Both the position numbers and the translations under genes were made by a program. Shown here in pieces: positions 18,736 to 29,843 of a stretch of 64,000 bases of DNA (position 1 is its first letter; each line of letters begins with the position of its first letter). The notes below the pieces were generated by a model. The model was not told the origin of the DNA. It did no database searches and was given only the letters and a program-made list of their open reading frames with translations. This stretch comes from Myxococcota bacterium (GTDB taxonomy: Bacteria > Myxococcota_A > SURF-8 > G963663525): the NCBI GenBank assembly GCA_963676915.2, contig CAXXVK010000067.1:1-64000 (forward strand), read 5' to 3'.

Positions 18736-19326
18736 ATGATCGATTTCCACCCGGAAAAACACACCGATAAAGAAAAACACGCTCAATTGCTGGAGCGGCT
18801 CAAGGCACTGTCCTACATCGAAGGCGAGGTGACGCTTGCTTCCGGTAAAAAAAGCGATTTCTACATCGATTGCCGCCAGACTTCGTTGCACCCGGAAGGG
18901 GCGGCGCTGATCGGGGATCTGTGGTCGGATTGGGTGCTGGCTTTCCCGAAGGATGTGGAAGGCGTTGGCGGAATGACCCTCGGAGCCGACCCGCTTTCTA
19001 CCGCTACTTCGGTTGCTCTGTATTACAAAAAATGCATCTGCCCGGCTTTTTTGGTGCGCAAAGAAGCCAAAGGGCATGGAACCGGGCGGCAGGTCGAAGG
19101 CCGAGCCAGCCTGCCGGACGGCTCGAAAGTGATCGTGCTCGAAGATGTGGTCACCACCGGTGGCAGCACCATCAAGGCGCTCAACGCCTGCCGTCGTGAA
19201 GGACTCGAACCGGTGGCGGTTTTCTGTCTGGTGGACCGCATGGAAGGCGGTAAGGCGAACATCGAAAACGAAGGTCTGCCGCTGTTTTCCCTGTTTACAC
19301 GCAAAGATTTCAAGGGCGATAAATAG
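18736..19326 (+). CDS. pyrE: Orotate phosphoribosyltransferase
   Basis: TLASGKKSDFYIDCR, GGMTLGADP, VRKEAKGHGTG, LEDVVTTGGS. Confidence 0.96.
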   Translation: MIDFHPEKHTDKEKHAQLLERLKALSYIEGEVTLASGKKSDFYIDCRQTSLHPEGAALIGDLWSDWVLAFPKDVEGVGGMTLGADPLSTATSVALYYKKCICPAFLVRKEAKGHGTGRQVEGRASLPDGSKVIVLEDVVTTGGSTIKALNACRREGLEPVAVFCLVDRMEGGKANIENEGLPLFSLFTRKDFKGDK

Positions 19327-19349
19327 CACTTACCCAGCCGAGGCGTTGA

Positions 19350-20228
19350 ATGGAATGGATTCTCTTAGCCTTCGGCTCGGGTGTGATTACCGCTGTCCAA
19401 GGGGTGGTCACCAAATTCCGACTGAAAAGCGGCAGTGTCCTGTTGCTTACCTGGGCGGCGTCGCTGTTCAGTTTGCCGTTTTTTGCGTTGGATTTGGTGC
19501 TTACATCCGGCCTTCCCACCGTGGAAGCGCCTGAATTTTATGCCGTTTTCGCATTGAATACCGCCCTTTTGATCCTGGCCAACAGCTTGTATTTCAAAGC
19601 TCTGCAATGCGGAGAACTCTCTCGGGATCTCGCCTTGTTATCCCTGACGCCGGTATTCATGCTGCTGACATCCTGGTTGCTCATCGATCAGCAAACCAGT
19701 CTTTTCGGTGTCCTGGCCATTGTGGCGATTGTCGTGGGTTGCCTGCTGGTACAGCGCAAAGCGGGTTTGCCGTTGTTTCGGGGGGGTGCACTTACCAAAG
19801 AAAAAGGCTCGCGGCTGATGCTTGTTGTAGCCTTGATTTATTCCGTGACCTCGAACCTCGACAAAATCTGTCTGACCCACGTTGGCGTCCATGCCTATCC
19901 TGCTTTGATGAACGTTTCGCTGGCGCTGTGCCTGACTCCTATGTTGAAGTTCAAAAGAGTACGTATTTTCAATGAATTGAAGCGTTTTTGGCTTCCGCTG
20001 CTTTTAATCGGTTTCTTGCAGGCGACTTTTTCGTTGTTGCAAATGGAAGCTGTGGAACTCTCGCCTCATGTGGGGTACGTCATCGCGCTGAAGCGTGGGG
20101 GCTTGCTGGTTTCAGGGCTGGTTTTCGGGGTGTTGCTATTCGGAGAACGTCACTTGGGCTGGCGAGTGCTGGGAGCTGCGGGTGTCATGGCGGGACTGGC
20201 GCTGTTGGCCTTCGAAGCGGCGAATTGA
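19350..20228 (+). CDS. EamA/DMT family transporter
   Basis: About 10 TM helices in two repeats; LYFKAL..., VIALKR...LLFGER. Confidence 0.85.
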   Translation: MEWILLAFGSGVITAVQGVVTKFRLKSGSVLLLTWAASLFSLPFFALDLVLTSGLPTVEAPEFYAVFALNTALLILANSLYFKALQCGELSRDLALLSLTPVFMLLTSWLLIDQQTSLFGVLAIVAIVVGCLLVQRKAGLPLFRGGALTKEKGSRLMLVVALIYSVTSNLDKICLTHVGVHAYPALMNVSLALCLTPMLKFKRVRIFNELKRFWLPLLLIGFLQATFSLLQMEAVELSPHVGYVIALKRGGLLVSGLVFGVLLFGERHLGWRVLGAAGVMAGLALLAFEAAN

Positions 20229-20345
20229 ACCGGAAATTTAGAGGTTTTCCACTGTCCTTTCGTGACGGATTCTTGCTTTTCCGGGCGGAAGCGTTTACGG
20301 TACGGGCATCAGAGGATTGAATCGAAAAGAAAGTAACAGACGAGG

Positions 20346-21287
20346 GTGCCCGTGTCATTGTTCGATCACCGGATGCTGCTTTTCACCGGGAAAGGCGGTG
20401 TCGGAAAATCCACCGTAACGGCGGCCATGGGATTGCTGGCCCGAGAGCGAGGTCAGCGAGTATTGCTGGTTGAGGTCAATACCGAATCGGCGTTTCGAAA
20501 GCTGTTTGGCGTGTCCTACATCGGGTTCGAACCGCTCGAACTGGTGGATGGGATCTGGGCCATCAATATCGATCCTTTCGAAGCGCTGGAGGAGTACATC
20601 CTCGAACAGACCAAGATCAAACTCGTGGCGCGGATGATCTCCAACAACTCGGTTTTAAAGTACTTTTTCCGCACGGCTCCGGCTGTCAACGAGATTGCGA
20701 CGATCCATAAAATCTGGAAACTCGAAGGCGAACGGGACGATATCGGCAACCGGCGTTATGACATGCTTCTCGTCGATCTTCCGGCGACCGGACATGCTCT
20801 GGCGATGCTGAAGATTCCGGCCATGATCGCGGGCCTGACCCGCATCGGTCCTTTATACAAAATGGTGCGGCGGTACCAGAATCTGTTGATCGATCCTCTG
20901 CGCTCCTGCATCAATCTCGTGACCTTGCCCGAGGATATGCCGGTCAACGAAACGATCGAGTTGGGACGCAAACTGGCCGATGAGGTGGGTATTCGGTTGG
21001 GGTACGTGTTCGCAAACCAGGTCGATCCCGAAACCCTCGATGACAAAGACCGCAAAACCCTGGCCGAGTTGCGCAAGGCGCTGCCGCCCGAAGTGCTCGA
21101 ATCGTTCGAAAACTTTTTGGCTGCCGGGGAGCATCATTTCGAAAAACTGAAGCGAATACAAGGATATCTCGACTTGCTGCGCACGGAGTTGACCGAAAAC
21201 CTCGTGTTGCTTCCTCGTCTTCTCGTGGCGCATCTGGATCGCGCCCAACTCGGCTTGCTGGCCGAATCTCTCGACTCCCAGGTGTAG
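20346..21287 (+). CDS. ArsA/Get3-family ATPase, subunit 1
   Basis: FTGKGGVGKST deviant Walker A, VDLPATGH, VTLPEDMPVNET. Confidence 0.9.
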   Translation: MPVSLFDHRMLLFTGKGGVGKSTVTAAMGLLARERGQRVLLVEVNTESAFRKLFGVSYIGFEPLELVDGIWAINIDPFEALEEYILEQTKIKLVARMISNNSVLKYFFRTAPAVNEIATIHKIWKLEGERDDIGNRRYDMLLVDLPATGHALAMLKIPAMIAGLTRIGPLYKMVRRYQNLLIDPLRSCINLVTLPEDMPVNETIELGRKLADEVGIRLGYVFANQVDPETLDDKDRKTLAELRKALPPEVLESFENFLAAGEHHFEKLKRIQGYLDLLRTELTENLVLLPRLLVAHLDRAQLGLLAESLDSQV

Positions 21288-21289
21288 GC

Positions 21290-22470
21290 ATGGACGGTAT
21301 GGAAAGTGCTTCGATATCCGAACGTATCGTGAACCGGCAGTTGATCGTCTGTGTAGGCTCCGGCGGTGTGGGCAAAACGACTACGGCGGCGGCGCTGGCG
21401 CTGCAAGCCGCCGTTCAGGGAAGCAAAGCGCTGGTGCTTACCATCGATCCGGCCCGACGCCTGGCCAACAGCCTTGGCTTGGATGGACTGAACAACGAGG
21501 AAAAGCGCGTCCCAGCGGAATTGCTCGAAAAACAGGGTGTCAAGATCAAAGGCGAATTGTATGCGGCGATGCTCGACACGAAGCAGAGTTTCGACGATCT
21601 GATCCGCCGCATCACCTCCAGCGAGCAGAGCGCGCAGAAAATCCTCAACAATTTCGTATACAAAGAGTTGTCCAATGCGCTCGCCGGTTCCCAGGAGTAC
21701 ATCGCCATGGAAGCGCTTGTACTACATTATGGAACAAGGCGGTTACGATCTGGTGGTGCTCGATACGCCACCGACCAAGAACGCGCTCGATTTTCTCCAC
21801 GCACCCAATCGTATGGCGTCGTTTTTGGACGAAAACGTGATCAAATGGTTCCTTTTGCCCAATATCGGTAAAAGTTGGGGCATTGGAAACGTCGGTTCGG
21901 TGCTGTTCAAGCGCGGTTCGGATCTCGTCGTGAAACTATTGGGGTTGATCGTCGGTGAAGCGTTTGTGCGCGATCTGGTGGATTTTTTCCTGGAATTCAA
22001 GGATTTGATCGCCGGATTCCGCAGCCGTGCCGAGCAGGTGTATGCGTTGTTGCGGGATGAGCGCACCGCCTTCGTGCTGGTCACCTCGCCCGAAGTCAAC
22101 ACGCTGGACGAAGCCGCCTTCTTTCACCGCAAACTGCTGGAATTCGACATGCACCCCGGAGGCGGTGGTCATCAACCGTTCTTACTTGTTGCACGCCGAT
22201 GATTCTGGCCGTGCAGATCCCGAAACCCTTCGATCTCACTTGAAAAATCACCCGGAGTTGTGGAAAAAGACGGGGCCACTGTTCGAGCGCCTGAACGAAC
22301 TGCATCGCCGGGAATGCGCCTTAAACGATGTCTACCGCCGCAACATCGCCCAATTCCGAAAACGCACCGGTATCAAGCACCTGACTCAAGTGCCCATCCT
22401 CCCAAAAGACGTCCACGACGCCAGCGGCTTGACGATGATCGACCGGTATCTGTTCGGGGTGGAAGAGTAG
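21290..22470 (+). CDS. ArsA/Get3-family ATPase, subunit 2 (two frameshifts near 21711 and 22157, probably sequence errors)
   Basis: VGSGGVGKTT, TIDPARRLANSLG and GSQEYIAME in one frame; LYY...VLDTPPT in the next; EAVVINR...DVHD in the third. Confidence 0.85.
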
Positions 22471-22499
22471 GGGGGGGCAGGTGGCTATAGTTGATTTAC

Positions 22500-22636
22500 C
22501 CAGATGGAGCAGGATTGTATCCTGCTCTAAACATTTATGCTAACAGATATTGGGTTATGATTCGGTATTCTTTGCTACACATGACATAGAAAAATTCAAA
22601 ACGTGAGGAGCAGGATGCCAATCCTGCTCCATCTGG
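22500..22636. repeat. Inverted pair of REP-like palindromes, family B
   Basis: CCAGATGGAGCAGGATTGTATCCTGCTC (22500-22527) and GAGCAGGATGCCAATCCTGCTCCATCTGG (22608-22636) are near reverse complements; each has a GAGCAGGA/TCCTGCTC stem; they lie between convergent genes. Confidence 0.75.
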
Positions 22637-22869
22637 CATGGTTAATGATATGGTATTCCTCCAATCCAGATTCCAAGAATGGCTATTGCCCAAGGAATCC
22701 AATACTTTTTCCAATGTTTAAGCATGTGTTTGATCTCATGAATTCCCAGAAAAAATATATTAAATTCATCGTGTTCATCACTACCCTAAGTAGTTGTATA
22801 AGCATCCAATATGAACCGACCACCATTGCCACAAACCCGATAGAAAATATGTGTCCCTTGTCCAATAAA

Positions 22870-25800
22870 TTATCTCAGACATTCCCTCTCCCTCACGGAC
22901 AACCAGGGACGAAAACGAGAATTCTCCAGACTTCCGCCGCCGTATTCTCGGCCTCTGGTGTCGAATTTCAGTAGCCAGTCGCCTTCGGCGGGTTCTCCGG
23001 CGTTGGCAAAGTCCTGGATGTTTTCCGCGTACGAGGTTGATTTCGTAGGGTGGCGGGTCGGCGAATCCGGGGTGAGATCCAGGGTAAAGCCGTTCGGTCC
23101 CGAGAGGGTCACATCCACGATGGCGGACGGTGCTTCGCTCGTCGTCTTCGGCGTCGCTGTCGCCGTCGATGCCTTCTTCGCCATAGCTGTATTGCAGATA
23201 AATGAACACGTTACCCACATGCTCGGGACAGGCGGTGAATTCCGTGACGCGGAACGTCGTGATCTGGCCGTCCGGGAAGTCCTGCGGCAGAGTGTCGCCC
23301 AGGCATTCGCCCGACTGGCAGGTTTCGTTGATCGTCAGGTTGTTGGGATCGTTTTCGTCACGGCAGGAGGTGCCGTCCACCTTGTTTTCCGTGGTGCAGC
23401 CGATGGACGACTCGCAGATGCCTACGTGGCACATGTCGTCCATGTTCGAACAATCGACGGTTTCGCCCGTGGTCAGGCAGCGGCCGCCCTCGGTTTCGCA
23501 TTCGTAGAACTGGCAGAGATCGCTACCGGTGCAGGAAGCTCCCTGGAGCTTGGGCTCGTCGGTGCGGGAATCGCACTGTCCGGTTTCTTCATAGCAGCTT
23601 CGTTCGTAGCAGGGCAGCGGGTGGGTGCAGGTCAACGGGTCGCCCACGCAGACGCCCTCGGAGCAGGTGTCGTTTTTGGTGCAATTTCCAGTACATGTGA
23701 GGGTTTCGTCCACCATGACGCAGATGTAATCGTCGCAGGTTTCCCCCCTTCACGCACGTTGGACCATCCATACGGCGTCGTCTTCCGGGAGATCCGTTGT
23801 GGACGCACATCGAGCAGGCCACGGAGGGATCGATCGAATCGCCGTTGGCGTCGGGTCGGGGGGGTGCCGTCCGAGACGCAGGAGAAGACGTTTTCCCTGT
23901 TCTTCAATCTTCGATCAGGCACCAGCCCACATCCACCGTAGTGTCACAGATCGGACTATCCACACCTTCGGAGCAGGAATGGGAGGTGCAGCCGTAGTCG
24001 TCGGTGCAGGGACCGGGATCGCTGAACCCGACACAGGCCATTTCTCCCGCGCACAACGAGGGATTTTCGCTGCAGTAGGAGGTACAGAAATCCTCCGGCA
24101 GACCTTCATCGCTGCAATGGTCTTCTACGACAAGGCAGACGTCGTCGATCGAACAATATTTCCTGTCGTTACAAAGGAGTTTCATCGGCCAGCGGTTCGG
24201 TGTAGCAAGTGCCTTCCGCAAGGTCCCGGGCGCATCAACAGGTCGTCTTCGCCCCGAGCGTTGCACACGCCGGTATAGCAGGGAAGGGATGTGGGACACA
24301 CCTTGGGCGTGCCGCCCTGGCACAGACCGTCCTGACAGGATTGCTCCAACAGGCAGCTATCGGTATTGCAACCGGTTCCCGTTGGGTTGTGTCGTGGCTT
24401 GACCTCCGCCGGGCTGACGGCAGCCGGAATTGGGATCGCATACCCAGACGAGGCATGGGCGCTCGTTTCTATCGGCTTCGCAGGTTTCGGCGACGCCGCC
24501 CGCGCAGGACGGCTCCACTGCATTGAGGCAACGCCTGCCAGCAGCGGTTTGTCCGTATCGCAGGATTCGCCTTCCATGTAGGCTTCGTTCTGCTCGTTCA
24601 ACAGCGGAGAAAAATGCGGTTTGGCTACGGTCGGGATCGCAAACGCCGCAATCCGGCGAACTCGGCGAAAGTGTGCCGGAAATATAGCATTCACCGCCAA
24701 CGTCGCAATAGTTGTCATTGACGTCCAGCACGCAGGCATCGAGAACCTGATCGCAGTAGGGCTGTGAACACAGATCGTTGTAGACGAAAGCATCTTCGCA
24801 GTCCCTGAACCGGTCCGGTACAGACGGATTTGGTCGATCCGGACACCGGAGGCTGGCATTTCTCGTCGATGGTGCAGAAAACATCTTCGCCGTACATGGC
24901 TTCTTCATCGCAAGCAACACCCGATTTGCGAACTGATGGCTTCCCGAGACGCAACGCCATTGTCCTTCATCATCGATGCATTTGCCCCCGGTTGCAGAAA
25001 TCGCCGGCGATGGAGCAATCCCGAGGCTGTCCGACGCATTCGCCGTTCGCGGTGCAGTGGTCGTCCTGTGTGCAGGGGAAGGTCGTCATCGCAGGAGGTG
25101 GTTTTCGGGGAGTTGCTCGAAGTCACAGCCAGAGATCGGATCGCAACTCCAGACGACGCAAGAGTTTTCGTCGTTCTCCCACAAGGAAGAACCGTTCCGA
25201 CGCATTCGCCATCGGTGCAGAGGTCGGTTGCCGGTGCAAACGCTTTGATCGCTACAGGGTTGGTTGTTGAGAATCGGGTCTGTAACCGATACGCCAAACC
25301 GGCCTCGTTTCCGGTCCCTTCCTCGGCGATTTCTCCGTTATCGTCTTCGTCTCCTCCAGCGTTACCCGGTTCGCGGCATTCCCACATGCGGCATTGAGGC
25401 GCTTCCGCCGAAAGGAACAGAGCAATCGTAAGGTTCGGCAACACAATCGCCGTTGCTGTTGCAGCGATCGTTGATGGTGCAATACAACGAGTCATCGCAG
25501 ACTTTACCTGCGATGGCCGGATGAATGCAGCCTTCGGTGCTGGAGCATTCGTCTCGTGTACAGGGGTTGCCGTCGTCCGGGCAGGGAACGACGGCCGTTT
25601 CTTCATCGGGAACACATTGGCCCGATTCACATATCGCACCGGAATAACAAAGGTTTCCGCTATCGCTGCACTCGGTTCCGTCCTCTGCGTTCCATTGGCA
25701 GAGATCATTTTCCTCGTCACAGCCGTACACGATGCATTCTTCGTTTCCGGGTTCGTCACAGGGAGGCGGTCCGTGACCCAGACAAACGCCGTCCTCGCAG

Positions 25801-26774
25801 GAATCCTGGGTCGTGCAGAATTTGCCGTCATTGCAGGTTTGGCCATTGGTGGCGAGTGGGAATTTGCATTCACCGTCGGTGGTATCACAAGCTGCGGGAA
25901 GGTGGCAGACGGGCGTGGGACCGAGGTCATTGCAGGTTTTGCGCGATCCTACGCACTCTCCCACCACGTTGCAGCGGTCGTTGAGCGTGCAGGGGTTTCC
26001 GTCGTTGCACTCCATGAATTCGTCGGGGGTTCCGGTGCAGACCAGGTTTTCGTCGCATCGGTCGTTAAGCGTACAGGAGTTTCCGTCGTTGCAGATCTGA
26101 CCTTCTTCGGTGCAGTTCGTTACGATTTCTTCTTCGTCGGCTTCTTCCTCGATGTCGGTTTCATCCGATTCGTCCGAATCCTGATCGAGGTCTTCCGTGT
26201 CGATTTCTTCTTCGTCTTGATCGGTGGTCTGGTCGGTATCGTTATCTTCGTCGAAATCTCCTTCTTCTACTTCGTCGATTTGGTCTTCTTCGGTTTCTTC
26301 GCCGGGAATTTCCTCGAAATCGATTTCATCAAACTCGTATTCGATTTCTTCGTCCCCATCGACATTCTGCCGTAGATCGTGCTCGACTTGAAGGAGGATG
26401 TTGTTGCAATCGTTGGCACTTTTGATCAATATGGCGGAGGATTCCTCGATTTGGAATCCGCTTTTTTTACAGGCACTGACCAGTGCTTCGGCGTTTTCTT
26501 CCACGTATTGGGCGCAGACCATCGAAAACGCCGGATTCAGGCTGTATTCCTGGTCGGGCGAACAGCAGGCCTGGACTTTGGATACGGCTTTTTCGCACAA
26601 ATCCTCGCCTTCGACCAGCTCGGTCAGGAAGTTCGCACCATCGCAACCTGTCAGTAGAAACAGCGAACAAAGCCAAAGCACTGACAACGGCGAGCGAAGC
26701 CGGAACCGGTTAGAATTCCTCGAAAAAAGCAAGGACGGTTGAGATTGTCCGACGCATGAGGGCATGATGGTCAC
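22870..26774 (-). CDS. Very large Cys-rich repeat lipoprotein with a C-terminal proprotein-convertase P-domain-like module; broken by many frameshifts
   Basis: Lipobox LLTGC, acidic linker, and CNDGNPCTLNDRC-type repeats that continue through successive frames (ORF pieces 25362, 24357, 23904, 22781, 22870). The end (VDVTLSGPNG...GDWLLKFDT) resembles a P-domain. 3' end approximate. Confidence 0.7.
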
Positions 26775-26777
26775 CTG

Positions 26778-29315
26778 CTAAAAGTCCAGGGCGGCACCGA
26801 TTCCCGCTCCCGTCGGCGTGACGGTCGGAAACAGGCTGACACCCGGTTCGGAAGTTTCGGAAGACGCTGGAGCGACTAAAGACTGGGAGGCATTTTCTGC
26901 GTTGCGGTATCCCATGACCGCCATGACCGTACCGGTCAGCAACATGGCTCCCATAGTTCCGTAGGCTACATAGGAAAGCGTGGCGTAGCGGTCTCTGAGA
27001 TCGCGATAATCGGATCGTGTGGATGCCAGGTAGCTGGAATCGTCGGCTTTATCTCCATAGCGGGACGAAGCGAAGCTCAAAGCGCCACCCCCCACACCGA
27101 CAAGTACACCTGTGGCCATAAGTCGAAATCCCCACTTGGAAAGCGTCGGTACTTTGGTTGCTGGATCGACGACTTCCTGTTTTTCTTCTTTTACGGTAAC
27201 GCCACCGGCAATCAACTCTTCCGGCAATGAAATCTTTGCGGTTTTTCCCGTTTCGATATTGGCGAAATCATCCCAGACCTGCCCATTGGGAAGTTTGGCT
27301 TGCACGATGTATACGTTGGGATAAAATGCCACAACATCGGCGAAAGGGGATTTCCCATCGGACTCGTCGTTGAGTATGATTTCGGTTCCTGGAGGAAGGT
27401 TGGTATATTCGATGAAACCCACGTTGAGTTGACTGGCTAAATCCAACACCATTTGTCGACCCGCGTTTTGCGGTTCGGGCAATTCTCCGGCCCATTCTCC
27501 TTTGACGGCGGCCACGTTACGTCCGGTTTGTACGTCGATAAGACTCATTTCGATCGACCCGATTTGCATGCCATCATCGGGATCGAGGCTGTGTGTTCCC
27601 TGAATGTAAAACGCGTAGCGGGCTTTGGTGGTTTTGAGAAGCTGAGCGTAACAGGTCGATTGCTTGCAGTCGTTCAGGCGCATCACAGCATCGGAAGAAA
27701 GATGCACCATCAACTCCTGTTTTCCCCAACGAGATTCGAACAGTTTCAGCGATGAAAACGTGGAACGTACCTGTTCGTTGAAAGCGCGGGTTTCACGAAC
27801 TCCCAGCGTTCCGTTTTCGGGAAGGTCAGAAATGGCGACAATTCCCATTTCCGGTCGCAAAGTTCCTTTGGGAATGGGCGGGGGTACCGTATCGTCCAAT
27901 TCCAGTTCGAAAGTGGCGTAGATCGGACGATCGTTCGGCATGATGAATTCGATAGCGATGTCCTGATACCCTTCCTTTTCGACTCGGAATTTGTATTGTC
28001 CCGGTGGTGTCGCTTTCCTGTAGGGAGTGCGTCCCAGGTTTTGATTTCCACTGTAAAGTCGGGCATTTTCAGGTTGTGTAAACAGAGCAAGAGGGTAGGG
28101 GGGAGCGTAAAGCTTTTTCGCTTCTTCACGGATTTGTTTCCGAAGCTTCGAAATGCTGCATCGGCTGCAGGTGTTTTCGATCGTGCGTATGAAGTCCCGG
28201 CCCCGAACGTCGTAAAGCATGAGTTTGTAGCTGTAATCCAGTTGCGTTTTTCCCCGTTTTGGCGGGGATACGGTGACTTCTCCCGAAACGAGCAGATTGG
28301 CGTCCAAGGTTTTTGCGGCCTGATCCAGAATTTCGGCTTGGGTCAGGTCTTTTTTCGTCAGTTGCCGGAGGTTTTTCTCGGCAATCGGACTTGGCGTGAA
28401 ACGGCATTCATCAAGGTTTTTAAAATGATTGCCTAGTTCATTTTCCAACATACGTCGATACTTGGTGTGAAGTTTTTTTCGCTTGATCGAACGAACCTGC
28501 AACGGCAACACTGCGGCTTTGACCAGCATCGGTGATTCGTCCGATGCCGGTGGCGGTGGAGCTACCTTTTTTTCCTGAAGTTCGAATTGGGCATACACGG
28601 GACGATCATCCGGCATAGCGAATTCGATAGCGATGGATTCGTAACCATCCATTTCTACAAGGATTTTGTGTTGTCCCGGTTTCAGTAGACGACGAACCGG
28701 TGTTCTTCCCCATTCCTCCGTACCGGAAGAGATCAGTGCACCGGAAGGTGTGGTATCGATTCCCAGCGGATAGGGAGGTGCAGCGAGCTTTTCGGCCTGG
28801 GTAACCAGCCAGGATTCCAGGGTTTCAGGCGAACAACTGTCGCACATTTCATCCACGGTACGGATCAGGCTTTGACCTTTGACGTCGTACAAACCGAAGG
28901 TAAAGAAATAGGTCGGTGGAGGTGGAGGGGCGTTCTCGTCCAAAGCGATTCCTGCCACCAAGGTCACTTTCGATGTTACCAGTAGTTCGGTGCCCAATTT
29001 TTCAGAAATATCGTTCAAGAAAGTGGTATCCGTCAAATCGCTGGACGGTGCGCCACCTAGTATTTTTCGGCATCGTTTAGCTGGAACAACCCGAAATTCT
29101 TGACGTTTTTCAAAAGGGGAGGCGAGCGAACGGTGCAAAATCGTATCGATTTCTTCCGATAGGGTTCCTTCATCGAGACTTTCGACCTGTACAGGCAAAA
29201 TCGCCACGCTGGAAGCCATCTGGGCGTAGGCCGGAAGTACCGAAAGGAACAAAAACGAAAAAAACAGAACGAAATCAATCGTTCGAGTGAGGTGTTTCGA
29301 GGAAAACCGGGTCAC
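26778..29315 (-). CDS. PEGA-domain protein with an internal duplication
   Basis: Two copies of a CsgG-like alpha/beta unit plus PEGA (GRTP...PGQHKILVEMDGY and GRTP...PGQYKFRVEKEGY), a third degenerate unit, and a C-terminal hydrophobic hairpin ending GAGIGAALDF. Confidence 0.85.
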   Translation of the reverse strand: MTRFSSKHLTRTIDFVLFFSFLFLSVLPAYAQMASSVAILPVQVESLDEGTLSEEIDTILHRSLASPFEKRQEFRVVPAKRCRKILGGAPSSDLTDTTFLNDISEKLGTELLVTSKVTLVAGIALDENAPPPPPTYFFTFGLYDVKGQSLIRTVDEMCDSCSPETLESWLVTQAEKLAAPPYPLGIDTTPSGALISSGTEEWGRTPVRRLLKPGQHKILVEMDGYESIAIEFAMPDDRPVYAQFELQEKKVAPPPPASDESPMLVKAAVLPLQVRSIKRKKLHTKYRRMLENELGNHFKNLDECRFTPSPIAEKNLRQLTKKDLTQAEILDQAAKTLDANLLVSGEVTVSPPKRGKTQLDYSYKLMLYDVRGRDFIRTIENTCSRCSISKLRKQIREEAKKLYAPPYPLALFTQPENARLYSGNQNLGRTPYRKATPPGQYKFRVEKEGYQDIAIEFIMPNDRPIYATFELELDDTVPPPIPKGTLRPEMGIVAISDLPENGTLGVRETRAFNEQVRSTFSSLKLFESRWGKQELMVHLSSDAVMRLNDCKQSTCYAQLLKTTKARYAFYIQGTHSLDPDDGMQIGSIEMSLIDVQTGRNVAAVKGEWAGELPEPQNAGRQMVLDLASQLNVGFIEYTNLPPGTEIILNDESDGKSPFADVVAFYPNVYIVQAKLPNGQVWDDFANIETGKTAKISLPEELIAGGVTVKEEKQEVVDPATKVPTLSKWGFRLMATGVLVGVGGGALSFASSRYGDKADDSSYLASTRSDYRDLRDRYATLSYVAYGTMGAMLLTGTVMAVMGYRNAENASQSLVAPASSETSEPGVSLFPTVTPTGAGIGAALDF

Positions 29316-29324
29316 ATCCGTCTC

Positions 29325-29843
29325 CTATATGTTCAACCGCAGACCACCGAGTCCCATGAGTTTGACGAGTCCTCCGGAACCGGTCAGTCCACTTCCCAGA
29401 AACATGGATTCCATGCCGGCTTCGATGAAAAAACCGACGAACCGATGCGCATGTAGCAGCAGTCCGATACTTGCGGCGGCTCCCGAGTAATTCGGATTGA
29501 AGTTGATCACCGGTCCCAGTCGACCGAACACGGTGATGATTTCTCCGTTGGAATCGAACAGGAGATGGGGAATCATCGTGTATACCGCATCCTGTTCCAT
29601 GGTCATTTCATTTCGTAGCCCGAAGCCGAACCAGTCGTACAGTTCGTACTCAAGATCAGCAGTCAATACGGCGGGGTAGCGCCGGTCGAAGGTGGTCGAG
29701 CCGGGTTTGTCCTCAACCGATCCGGTCAGGTACCCGGACCCGGCGGCAAGACCGAACCCCCAGTCTCCTTCTTTGGCGTAAGCCGTACCCGTCGCCAGGA
29801 AAAACACCCAGCACAGCGCCAACGCCGGAATGAAAAGCCTCAT
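29325..29843 (-). CDS. Small outer-membrane beta-barrel-like hypothetical protein
   Basis: Signal peptide (AYA|K), about 8 amphipathic strands, C-terminal GGLRLNI; 9 bp upstream of the PEGA gene. Confidence 0.7.
   Translation of the reverse strand: MRLFIPALALCWVFFLATGTAYAKEGDWGFGLAAGSGYLTGSVEDKPGSTTFDRRYPAVLTADLEYELYDWFGFGLRNEMTMEQDAVYTMIPHLLFDSNGEIITVFGRLGPVINFNPNYSGAAASIGLLLHAHRFVGFFIEAGMESMFLGSGLTGSGGLVKLMGLGGLRLNI

Noticed and set aside
21675-22470. Programmed ribosomal frameshifting in ArsA-2
   Set aside because: There are two shifts, no slippery heptamer or stimulatory structure was seen, and the gene lies within a wider indel cluster.
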